Shown here one piece after another: positions 23,230 through 33,659 of a DNA stretch of 64,000 bases (within the stretch, counting starts at the first letter, position 1; each line of letters starts with the position of its first letter). Made by a program: the position numbers and the translations under genes. The notes below the pieces were generated by a model that saw only the letters and a list, made by a program, of their open reading frames with translations, searched no databases and had not been told where the DNA came from. Source of the stretch: Cyanidioschyzon merolae (lineage: Eukaryota); the NCBI GenBank assembly GCA_000091205.1, contig AP006500.2; one strand, written 5' to 3'.

Positions 23230-25660
23230 ACTGCGAGGTGCATGTAATCAAAAGCGTTTTCGCGGTTTATTACGGATGCTTTCGAAGTAGGTTCATTTGA
23301 AGGAAGAAATACACTATGAGAAAGGTGTGAACATGGACTTTGGGGATCCTGGAGGGCCTTCATCTCCGGGTTCCGGAAAAATATGAATAAACAGTTTCGA
23401 GCCCAGAGGAACGAAAGGTGACGAAGAAGCGAAGGGGGCAGGTCAAACGTCAAGAGCTTCGGGAGAAACGACACTAATACCAGATTGTAATGAAATCATA
23501 TCTTCGAGGCCATATTTGGGACGCGTACGAGCCCAAAATGCGAGAGGCTATCAGAAAGCGTGCCGATTCGTGTTCGAGCAGTTTTCGCTACGTTTTCCTA
23601 GGACTGATGCATTTAGTAAGGAAGACGTATCGCGACGCGAAGGATATCAAAACATTCGAGGTTCCGGAAGAATTATTCAACAGGACCTTTATTCGGCACG
23701 TGATGAATGGCGCAAGGGAAGCGTCGAGGAGGAATGAGCGAGTGTATGACCTCCACGAGAATCACGCTGAATACCGCTTCAACGGTACTCGATACAGGGT
23801 TGACATGCGTATTTACGAATACAGAGCGATAGAGTACCTCCCGAACCTAAAGAATCGTATGATCGTGAACCTCAAACGTTTCATGATACGCTCCATCTTT
23901 ACGCTCTACCCGGGCCTATCTCGCAAATGAATAGAGAGCATCATCAATGGGATGACAAACGATCGCCAGCATGAACAGGAGATCGAATTCGTCGACGAAA
24001 GGACATAGCACAGGAGTACGAATGAAGCTTCTGTAATGCGTGCGGCTATTCAAGAGCGCCGTGCGGTCTTGGGGCTGATCAATCAAGCAGAAAAGGTATC
24101 AGATATAAGAAAAGATGAAGAAAGATGTCATCTCCTCATCCTACGCTATTTCGTGTTCCTGAACCGAGAACCCGAACGCAAGGCGGAGATGGAGCTGGGT
24201 GTGGGAAAAATGGAGAGTGGGAGAGACAGAAGGCTGTGCTGCTGGAGAAGCGCTTCAACGCTGTACCGTTGTGCACCATCAAGCCACATTTTGTGACTAT
24301 CGATTCCGGCGTTCGCTACGGCATCATGAAGGAGATCTGTCCGGAGTTCAATGTAAGGAAGACAGCGTTCACCAGTGAAAACCGGACAACGCACTGGAAG
24401 AATATCTTCGATTTCAAGCGTCTCAAAACAAACAAGGGGAAGAAATTCGCTCGGATGATCGAAACAGATGGGGTAGCCATGTGTGTACACTGTCGGCGAT
24501 TGAAGGCAGATCGTCCAGTTCCGTCCTCCGCTTCGTCCGTGACGAATTACGACGATGAGTAGGAGGCGGACCCAGCCACGCAGGAGGTAGAGGATACTGA
24601 CTTTGTCGTTGGCGCGGACCCTGGGAATACGAATATCATAACCATCGCAGTACCCAAGCGTGCGGAGGATGGTAACGATCGCAATTTATGCCAGAAAGAC
24701 ATACATCAGTTAAACCTCTCACGAGCGAGATATCACCGAGAGTCGGGAGTACTTAATGCGAGGGAAAAATGAGACATGAAATGCAGGAATGCAAGAGCAC
24801 CTTGAAGCTATGAACCAGATGACGAGCCGCGGAGCAGACTTTCAAGCTTTCAGGAATTCATGGAAGTTCGCGTTGCTCATTGGGATGCGCTGTGGAATGA
24901 GTATGCAAAGCCCTGGTGGGCTCGTTTGCGTATGAATCTATACGGTGGGAGGCAGCGGGCGTTCGCAAACTTTTTCAATCAGTTGAGCGCCTCGAATGAG
25001 GATGAAATTCAGAGGCTCGGTGCAGCGTACGGAGCAGGGCGCTGGAAGACCAAAAAGTGACTATGCTAGCACCAACGATGAGAACGTACAAGGAGTGTGC
25101 AAGGCGTTTCGTTACGATACCAATAGATGAGTTTCGAACATTTTATACACACCATGAACTGGGGTGTACACTCCAGAGAGTGGAGATGGAAAAGTTCCAG
25201 CGGAGCCATGAGGATATAAAAACGTACGGAGCGCTGACGGTAGAGCAAATGGAGAGGAGGGCGAGACTTCGAGGACTACTTGCATTAGTAAGTACAACCA
25301 ATGATGGCAAGAAACGTATGGAATTCGTGAACTGTGACTTTAATGCCGCTATCAATATAAGGAAATGTGCGGTGCTGGAGACGAGACCTCCAGAGTTGAC
25401 ATGGGAGAATTTTGTGGGGCAACCTCTCAAAGTGGAATTATATGAGAAAAAATTGGAATCAGTAGTATGCGGCCGGTCCAAAAAGACTGCAAGGCGTCTG
25501 CACGTTACTAAGAGACGTCTTGTCTAGGGCGGGTTTCTCGCCACTACTCTACACTTCTGGTCGCAACGTTTGTCTTTTGAAAGGCGTTTGTTGTCGGTGA
25601 TGGCGGTGTTGAGTACTAGAATTCCCCGTGTGAAAGCCAGGAGGCAGCTTTGTCAGGTTG
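23230..25660 (+). mobile_element. Fanzor/TnpB-like element, copy A. Its ORF is broken by frameshifts and stops; boundaries are approximate.
   Basis: ORF pieces 23490..23930, 24036..24296, 24125..24562, 24860..25060 and 25057..25527 align in order with the 622-aa ORF at 56757..58625. It encodes Ruv[20 protein letters not shown] near 24590-24650 and RuvC-III MEFVNCDFNAAINIRKCAV near 25320. About 120 nt after the stop codon are conserved with copy B. Confidence 0.7.
23490..25527 (+). pseudogene. Fanzor-like RuvC nuclease pseudogene with at least four frame disruptions.
   Basis: The homologous segments sit in three different frames and are separated by stop codons at 23930, 24562, about 24770 and 25060. 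Confidence 0.7.
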
Positions 25661-26359
25661 ACGTGCGTTTTCCCAAGGATCAGGACGCTGCGACTTGGAC
25701 GAGTATTCAACGTCTCCTGGTCTAAACGTTGCGCACACGCACACGACGCCTCGCCGAGCTACCTTTCCTATGCAGCAGCATCTTCCCTAGAGTTTGCCGG
25801 GCTTGGGCTTTAATCAGGTGCGCTACGGCCTGAACGCCTTCTAATGCGGAAGAAGCCTACCCAGGGGGCGTACGCCTCTCGCACTGCTACCTCGGCGAGC
25901 GCAACTGCCGCTTGCTTTCAGGCTGCAAACTGCCACGGGGTAACGAGGTTGCCTGCCCTCGTCGTGCCCTGCCTTTATCGTAAGGATAATTCGATATCAC
26001 TTCAGCAGCCAAGAACAAAAGGCGCTCATAGGAACCGGTGGGAAGTCTCTCCAGGCACTACCCGGGTCGACGCGCGCCGACATTCCCCACGAAAGCAGGG
26101 CGCACACACACGTACGCAGCACTGAAGCAGCTGGTTGTCTCGCTCTGGCGTTTGCAACGCTGTGATGCTCGGTTTTGACGGGTATCGCTCGACGGAGGCT
26201 GTGCAGCAGCCAACTGAACATGCGCATCGGGGCTCGTCGCTTGAAATCATGTCAAGGTATGCAAAAGTTTAGTGGACAGCAAGATCAGCGAGCATTCCTT
26301 CGACCTCGAAAATATATCTAACTTTCTGGAGACCCATGAGATTCATGTCGCTCCCTGGT

Positions 26360-27358
26360 TTACGAAAACGGACCTCTACCACTGTGTCTACTTGACGACA
26401 ACGTATGCTCGCTTTCTTCGCGTTCATGGCACGCCCCAAACGTTCCGAATGCTTGGAGGTTCGCGGAGAACTCGGGCATCACCCTGATGATGTCTGCGTC
26501 GGTGCCCGGCGCCAGTCGCGCCTTGTCGAGGACGCAGCGCTCCACGTGCAGGCCTGCACGCGGCTCCGCTGGATCCATAACGAGGAACGCATCGATTTCC
26601 GGACAGTATTCCAGGACTAAGACATAGTGACCTTGGAAATTGGAATCATCTAAACTCCGAAACGCATGAAATAGTTGCTCCCGAATCCATGTGAGCACCT
26701 TGGATGACCATCGAACCGGTAACGAACAGCTGTACCTCAAGTGCCGCCTGTCGACGAGAACAATCCACACAGGACTGCTACCGGGCCTGACGCTAGCCTT
26801 CGAGACGGTCAAAGATGGGGCTTTATAGCCGCAGTCTGGATGTGGTGCCCGATACGCAGCAGGGATGAGCGCCATTGTCGGCAACAGCGTCGAGAAAACC
26901 GGTATCCCGAGTCGCTGTGCGAGCACAAAACGGCTTTGAACACGAGCCGCATCCGACTCAATCGCTTTACGATAGAAAGGCCAGTCTTTAAAGGTCGGAT
27001 TAATGCCTGCGAAAGTAGTCCAGAAGGCTACGTTGAGGAAGCCAGTCTTGTGCAGCAGGAGAACGAGGTCGATCGTCCACGTAGACCTCGAGCCGGCGAG
27101 CTCCTCGAGTCTGGATCGCTCTGGGACAGGACGACAAAAGTATCGGAAAACGTTTTCTACACATGTGATGCCGCAATCCCAGTCCGCGCGTTGGGTCAGT
27201 GGAGCCAAAACTCGGTGGCTGTGACGCTGGCAGGTGCTCGCTGTTGCGAAGCGTTCGCGACCTCTGGCAGAAACGTTTCCGCTTCGGTTGCGTGCGGAAG
27301 TCATCAGCGTTTCGCCATACGGGGTATGCAGCGTGCTCCTGACCTGCAACAACTGCAA
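26360..27358 (-). CDS. GUCD1: GUCD1-like protein (guanylyl cyclase domain-containing 1, PF09778 family).
   Basis: DWDCGITCVENVFRYF...RSTWTIDLVLLLHKTGF...FYRK parallels the GUCD1 stretches HWDCGLAC...RSIWTIDLAYL...FYRK. Confidence 0.65.
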   Translation of the reverse strand: MQLLQVRSTLHTPYGETLMTSARNRSGNVSARGRERFATASTCQRHSHRVLAPLTQRADWDCGITCVENVFRYFCRPVPERSRLEELAGSRSTWTIDLVLLLHKTGFLNVAFWTTFAGINPTFKDWPFYRKAIESDAARVQSRFVLAQRLGIPVFSTLLPTMALIPAAYRAPHPDCGYKAPSLTVSKASVRPGSSPVWIVLVDRRHLRYSCSLPVRWSSKVLTWIREQLFHAFRSLDDSNFQGHYVLVLEYCPEIDAFLVMDPAEPRAGLHVERCVLDKARLAPGTDADIIRVMPEFSANLQAFGTFGACHEREESEHTLSSSRHSGRGPFS

Positions 27359-28786
27359 GGAAGCCGTATGAGCGTAGGCTCTATGACTTAAGTCTCAAGC
27401 TAAGGACACTGCGTAGCGCCACGTGACTCATGCCCGCTGAAATGCAAACGATGGAAAACGGGTTGTTTCGTGGCTGCGGGCAGCGACATCTCTAGTCGGC
27501 GCCAGCAAGAACAGAGCAGGTGGTGGGCTCTCTCTCTCTCTGGACGATGTCCGCAGCGGCGCTTTCGGCACCGTCATAAATGCAAACTGGTGGATCTTCA
27601 TCCGGAGGATTTGCATAAGATGCCAAGTTCCTCGATGGTAAGCCTGGTTGTGGCTTCCGGAACACTGGAGCTGGGAGCGGAATCGTGGGTACTGAAATCG
27701 ACGTCGGTAGCAATGGCGAGCTCGGGGAACGCCAGTCAAAGTGAGAGATCGGATGCCTCAGAAAAAGATCCATCAACGTGTTGAGAACGAAGCGCGGAAT
27801 ATTATCAAGCAGCTGCAAGATTGCTCTGCAGTACATGAATCAACAGTGGCGCTCGGTTCGACGTCCATAGTTACGGGAGGTTCCAAGCAATCATTTTCGT
27901 AGAAGAGACATTTTTGGGCAACCGCTGTGCACCTATGCGATGGAGCAATCTTGGCGCTCTGGAGCACACAGATGCTGCTGATGCTGCTCAAATGCTCGAA
28001 ACGTTCAGACTTCTTTTCACGTGCTCGCGCTGCGCTGGCTCCGACGTTTTCGGCCAATGTCTTTAGACCACGCCCTGACCGTTTTGAAGATCCCAGTTGG
28101 TATCTTGCACTGCACAGCAGTCATTCCAATCGATGCCTACATATCCTTCGATGCCCTTGGGACTGAATCCAAGCGTGTGAACGGACTCGCCAGGAGTCCT
28201 CGAAAATTCACCTAAATGTGCGTATTTATGTTCATGTCCATGCGATTGCCGCTCAAAGCTGCTGGCTCCAGAGCACCTGCGCGCCAAGGAGTCCCAAACT
28301 GGTCTCGCTTCCACTCACAAGCTGTGCTGTATGTCCGCTATAGGAGGCTACGCTGGATCTGCCGAGCAACGCTTCCCATGGTGAGTACTGTTGTGCAGGT
28401 GGTAGCGCTTGGAAACTCCATACGAGCAGAGGACCTCCATTCGCCGATTGTTGGAACCATTCGTTCACCCGCGGGCGTCTGTCGGACTCAGGTTTTGTAC
28501 ACCATGAGGGTACGCCAGCTCGTTGCTGGACACCCGCATACGGCGTGTGAGTATCTGCTCATCAACTGATCACAGGGATCCTAATCGCTCCGCTGGACGC
28601 CCGGATGAAAGCAGATCTTCCCGATTCGAACACCAGAGGCAATTTCTGTCTGTGTCGGACGGGATATGCTCGACTATGCATAGACTCGCCCGAAGGTATA
28701 TGAGACACGCGCGAGCTACCTCAATGATATGGATAGAGGCGCAGCGCTCAGCCGATCATCATATGCGAGCAAAAAAAGAATTCGAG

Positions 28787-29110
28787 CAGATTTCCAAGCA
28801 TGGAAGCCAACGCAAGACAAGAACAGATAAGAGCGATCTTTTTAGAGCAGTAATCAAGCACTAGCAGATTTCCAAGCATGGAAGCCAACGCAAGACAAGA
28901 ACAGATAAGAGCGATCTTTTTAGAGCAGTAATCAAGCACTAGCAGATTTCCAAGCATGGAAGCCAACGCAAGACAAGAACAGATAAGAGCGATCTTTTTA
29001 GAGCAGTAATCAAGCACTAGCAGATTTCCAAGCATGGAAGCCAACGCAAGACAAGAACAGATAAGAGCGATCTTTTTAGAGCAGTAATCAAGCACTAGCA
29101 GATTTCCAAC
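28787..29110. repeat. Tandem array of about 4 copies with a 78-bp period, unrelated in sequence to the array at 7.4 kb.
   Basis: cagatttccaagcatggaagccaacgcaagacaagaacagataagagcgatctttttagagcagtaatcaagcactag begins at 28787, 28865, 28943, 29021 and 29099. Confidence 0.9.
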
Positions 29111-29278
29111 CGTATGTTTTAAAGCAGAAAAAGTCAAGAGCGCCACGACGCCGTACATGCTCTCGCACGACCCAACCCCGAATCTGGATAAAGCCTCAGC
29201 CCCAAAGATCGTGCAAGTATTGGTACGGTGAGTGAAACGGAAACGTACTTAAACCGTGGAGGTTTGAGTATTAACCTA

Positions 29279-29850
29279 TGTGCAGACGCCTCCCAGCTTT
29301 TTTCGACCGGAAGCCAGTGGTCAGTTTTGGTTTATCCAGGCACCATACGAGCATCAGAGGCTGCCCCATAACATTAGATTGCCTAATTCCTTCAGCACTC
29401 GTCTTCAGCACCGAAAAATCGTGTGATATTGATGGCAATGTCGGAGTCTCGGATCACGAACTCCTTGTGCGCATTGCCGCTGGTTGAACGCATCAATGCG
29501 AGGATTGCTAGAACTCGCGCGCTCTGTGCGACTACAGTCTCGTTATCGCCCAGTGGGGCAAACACCATTTCTTGCCTGTCCGCCCGCTTCTTCTTCGTCT
29601 TCGGCACTAGCTCTTCATCGCTCGATGCTCGGCGAGAAGAGCGTTTTTCCTTATTTTTACCGGCATTCGGCGACGTTGACCCCTCCTGGATCCCCGACAT
29701 TCATGTCCATACTTTTCCCTTGGATTCTTCATTTCTTCAAACGGACACATTTCGAACACATCTGCTACAAGCCGCGAACATGCATTTGATAACACGCACC
29801 CGGATGCGGAACACCATTGAGGTGAACGACTTGAGTGAAAACGCTCACGC
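29279..29850 (-). mobile_element. Truncated 3'-terminal fragment of a Fanzor-like element (divergent subfamily).
   Basis: It starts with gtgcagacgcctcccagc, which matches the copy-B 3' tail at 56695. It then carries the reverse complement of the Fanzor C-terminal coding region (tattgatggcaatgtcggagtctcggatcac) and about 350 bp homologous to copy-B sequence near 56900-57250. Confidence 0.6.
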
Positions 29851-30033
29851 GGGACATCCGCCGAGGCGCTCTAGCCGACGCCCTCAGCGGTACGTCAAAG
29901 CCGTTCTTTCTCCGTGTTGCATCTGCACCAGCGGTGTGAGCGCTATCGGGAGTAGGCGCGGCAGGCACTCGGTGCACGATAGAATATATGGAACGACCAG
30001 TATATCCTAAAGGAAGTATGGGTCATGAAACAT

Positions 30034-30135
30034 GAAGTTAGGGTTCATCATGATGGACACTTGCTCGATTGCCATAATCCATCCCCCAAACTGGAATCCC
30101 TGCTCAATGGAAACGTTTTGTCGAACAAAAGCAAA
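30034..30135 (+). repeat. Dispersed repeat of about 100 bp; copy 1 of 2, with the second at 38004..38105.
   Basis: ataatccatcccccaaactggaatccctgctcaatggaaacgttttgtcgaacaaaa matches attatccatcccgcaaactggaatcccgtatcaacggaaacgttttgtcaaacaaaa at 38041. Confidence 0.6.
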
Positions 30136-30269
30136 AGAATCTGCCGAGGCGCCCTCGAAGCGAGGCTCGCGTGCTGTGCCCTGCGCAACGTGTCCAGTGC
30201 GCCATCGTTCCAGATATCTCCAGATGCAGCGGTACTAGGTGTCGTTTTTATTTTGGCTAGAAACGGATC

Positions 30270-31478
30270 ATGAACGCATGGAATCGCGTACGAGTCCTTC
30301 TTCCGTCGGTGGTCGTTTTCATCGGCGTCATTTGCTTGTTACTGGGATATGTACGTGAGAAGCAAACCACGTTAGCGTTAGCACCGGCTATTGCGAGCTC
30401 TGCAGCGCTCTCTGCAGTACCGCGGGCGTCACGGTTGCCGCTGCCGGTACGCGTCTCCGTGAGCACGCTTGCGCGAGCTTCGGAGGGCCCCGTCGAGGCA
30501 CCTGCCAACCCGAACGATGTGGTCTCGGCTTGGGGGAACACAGAGCGTTGTGAAACTGTGGTAAAGCGAGTTTTTGAGAAAGCACGTATCGACCGAAGCT
30601 CCGTCGGGGAGAGCACCTGCGGTCTTTGGGGAACCAGGGCGCCCGCGTTAGACTCGGGCAGCCTCGAGTACGAACGCGTCCTACAACGCCTTGAAGCGGA
30701 ACAGCAAGAGCATCTTGATCGCGCGCTACTCTACGCCTCCCTGTACCTGTTGCGTTTTTCGCAAGCGGAGAGACTCGGACAACGTCTGCACGCTTTACGA
30801 ACGCTGCGGGAACTCTGTCACGCATGGCAGCACGCACTCCGTCTCGGGAATCTGGGGGCAATACCCCTGATCACACAAGCACTTGAGGATCCGAATGCGC
30901 TTATACGCCGCGAGGCAGCCTATGTGCTCGCATCAGCATCTCAGAACCACTACGAGTTCCAGCAGTTCGTGCGGCCAACGGCACCGGAGCTGCTGCGACA
31001 TGCCGCTGACTCCACTGAATGGTTGCCTGTTCGAAGTGCTTGCCTACATGCTGCGCTGGCTATGGTTGAAAATTACCGCCATGACTACGGCGAAAGTACC
31101 ACGGATTCCGCCCTGCGGATCTTTGAAGAAGCGTTGGAAATCTGCTCGAAGTTGTGCACGGCTGCAGTCCATGAACGAGCAGATATGAACCGCTTCGTTC
31201 GTCGCTCCATCACATTCATACGCTACTTGTTGTGCATCTCGTCTCGGTCGGGAGACGAATCCGTGTCGACGCTTTTCTTGCGAGCATTCGATCAATACGC
31301 TGAACGACACGCTGTGCGACACCGGCTCGAGCAGACGCTCCGTAGCGCCTGCGTTGCCTCCGATGCGAGACTCGAGCTCAGCGCGTTGATGCAGGTATTG
31401 CGCTCGACACGAATGCCTGCCCTCCCGGATGCAGCGATGCTGAATACCCTCGCTGGGCGAGGCGAGTTCACCGGTTGA
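30270..31478 (+). CDS. Armadillo-repeat protein with an N-terminal signal/anchor; Sil1/Fes1-like Hsp70 nucleotide-exchange factor (tentative).
   Basis: Hydrophobic N-terminus LLPSVVVFIGVICLLLGYV, followed by ARM-like repeats (LGNLGAIPLITQALEDPNALIRREAAYVLASAS). 402 aa. Confidence 0.45.
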   Translation: MNAWNRVRVLLPSVVVFIGVICLLLGYVREKQTTLALAPAIASSAALSAVPRASRLPLPVRVSVSTLARASEGPVEAPANPNDVVSAWGNTERCETVVKRVFEKARIDRSSVGESTCGLWGTRAPALDSGSLEYERVLQRLEAEQQEHLDRALLYASLYLLRFSQAERLGQRLHALRTLRELCHAWQHALRLGNLGAIPLITQALEDPNALIRREAAYVLASASQNHYEFQQFVRPTAPELLRHAADSTEWLPVRSACLHAALAMVENYRHDYGESTTDSALRIFEEALEICSKLCTAAVHERADMNRFVRRSITFIRYLLCISSRSGDESVSTLFLRAFDQYAERHAVRHRLEQTLRSACVASDARLELSALMQVLRSTRMPALPDAAMLNTLAGRGEFTG

Positions 31479-32069
31479 CCGATTGCTTCGCGTCGACTCT
31501 TGAGTCGATGCTCGTGAAGGCATCGCAGGGCCGCCTTGTAGCCTTATGGCGCAGGCACTGAACTTTGTATCCAGTCGGTTTCTGGATCGATGAAGGCTCT
31601 TCTCTGTATGAGACCGCTGTTCGGCATGTTAGAAGGAAAAGGCGACTGCGAACGAACTGAGGTCTCAAAGATGATCATTGGCCGCATACGTCCATCCGGG
31701 ATACCTGGTTAGACTCATGTACATTTTACCCTGACAAATCTCGAGACTCGTGCGACGATAGCTGTGATGTTTACGTGCGTGCCAAGCTCCTTGTGACGAA
31801 ATGAGCAGCAAATGCCTAGAAAGGAACGATTTCATCGCTTTCTGTTCGCTGGTGTCAGATCGATGCCTCGAACCGGAATCACCCACACACCCAATGACGA
31901 TCGGCATTTCAGGAAAGTGGCTACCGTATTTGCCCACTCGCCTCAATATCTCACCAGTCTAGTACCGGAATTCCGAATGGGATAATGGTTCGATCCTTGC
32001 AACGAAAATGAGTATACAATGTGTATCCTGAGCCTACGACAGGTGTCTGATGCGATGTTAGATTCGCCA

Positions 32070-32101
32070 TCGCAGCAGCAGCTGCTGCTGCTGCTGCTGC
32101 A
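32070..32101. repeat. CAG/CTG microsatellite.
   Basis: The sequence cagcagcagctgctgctgctgctgctgc. Similar runs occur at 34741-34776 and 63958-63990. Confidence 0.8.
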
Positions 32102-32672
32102 CAAGGTAGACACCGCACCGCTCTGTAGCACCTCTGTATGGGTTTCAGCTCAAGATGAAAGCTCGACGACTCTGCAGGCACCGCGCAACTGCAGGATATC
32201 GCTGTACGCTGGCGGTGCTATCGCCCCGGTGATCGCCACCGAGGCGCAGCAGCGGCTACCACCCTTGTTGGGTTATGATCGTCCTACCTAACCAGGACAC
32301 TGCGAGTGTGTGATGGGTATCAGCGCCCCTTGAAGCATCTTTCGTGCCGCAGCACAGCATGAAATTCCGCCAAACATCATCAACCAAGCTTGCCTTTTAG
32401 GATCATGATTCGTTCGCAAGATTCTCCCTGTGTCGAGCCTAAAGCTCCACTTCGGACACCATATGGAGACAGACTGCCTTGAGCATGTCCATATGAGTGC
32501 GTCTGCTTGAGGGCGTCTGTCGTCGCCTGCCCCAGATCGCATCGGCCTTGGCGAGCCATCTGATGAACAGCCAGTTGGATAAGGAAACGTGGCAGCAACA
32601 GCAGCAGCGCTCGGGTGCTTTCAACGAAACCGAAAGCGCTTCCTTAACAAGCTGCGAGTCCATATCACCTGA

Positions 32673-33659
32673 ATGGGTGTAAACCGACTGCACATTGCAA
32701 CGCCTTGTATTGAATCGAGAGAGTTTTCGCGGTTCATCGGGAGTCAGCATGTGTGGTTGAAGCTCGAAAACCTGCAACGGAGTGGATCGTTCAAGATCCG
32801 CGGCATCGGATTGCTCTGCTCCGAGTCGCTTCGCCTCCAGCACTGCACTGAGATTATTTGTTCATCTGGTGGGAACGCTGGTCTCGCAGCAGCAGCAGCG
32901 GCTTCAGCTTTAGGTCTTCCTGTTCAAGTCTATGTGCCGGAGACAACGCCGGCGTACATGCGAGCACGTCTTCGCTCGGAAGGTGCAACGGTGCACGTTC
33001 ACGGCAAAGTATGGGACGAGACCAACAGAAAGGCCCTCGAAGTAGTTGAGCGATCAAGTGGTGCACTTTATGTGCACCCTTTTGATCATCCGCTGATCTG
33101 GACGGGGCACAGCACACTCGTCGATGAACTCGACCAGCGTCCAGCCGCCATCGTCTTGAGCGTTGGTGGCGGTGGTCTCCTGCTTGGAGTCGTCCAAGGT
33201 CTGCAACGTCGCGGCTGGACGGATGTGCCGGTCGTAGCTGCTGAAACCGTGGGAGCGGCAAGCTTCGCGGCCACCTTCAACGCAAACGGTGTTTTGCAGC
33301 GCATTCCCACGATCGATACTGTCGCGAAAAGTCTCGGTGCATTGCAAGTATCCGAGGCCTGTGCGGAGCTCATCCGCAGCCGAGCGCACCCGCTCTATTC
33401 ATATGTGTGTACAGACCAGGAGGCGGTTGAGGCGATGCTTGCTTTCGCGACCCTGCACCGCATGCTCGTCGAGCCGGCCTGTGGCGCCGCACTGACGCTT
33501 GTGACCTCCCCGCGGGGACGCGCTTTTTTGCATGAGCATATCGGTCAAACAGGCAATATTGTTGTTGTTGTTTGTGGCGGGAATATGATCACGCCAAGTA
33601 TGCTCATGGAACTTGCAAAGGTCACAGGTGCATCTGGGGATTCCTGGTCAGCGATGTAG
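32673..33659 (+). CDS. SDS: L-serine dehydratase / L-threonine deaminase (PLP-dependent, fold type II; SDS-like).
   Basis: PLP-lysine motif SGSFKIRG, Gly-rich loop SVGGGGLL and VEPACGAALTLV, co-linear with human SDS over the full 328 aa. Confidence 0.85.
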   Translation: MGVNRLHIATPCIESREFSRFIGSQHVWLKLENLQRSGSFKIRGIGLLCSESLRLQHCTEIICSSGGNAGLAAAAAASALGLPVQVYVPETTPAYMRARLRSEGATVHVHGKVWDETNRKALEVVERSSGALYVHPFDHPLIWTGHSTLVDELDQRPAAIVLSVGGGGLLLGVVQGLQRRGWTDVPVVAAETVGAASFAATFNANGVLQRIPTIDTVAKSLGALQVSEACAELIRSRAHPLYSYVCTDQEAVEAMLAFATLHRMLVEPACGAALTLVTSPRGRAFLHEHIGQTGNIVVVVCGGNMITPSMLMELAKVTGASGDSWSAM

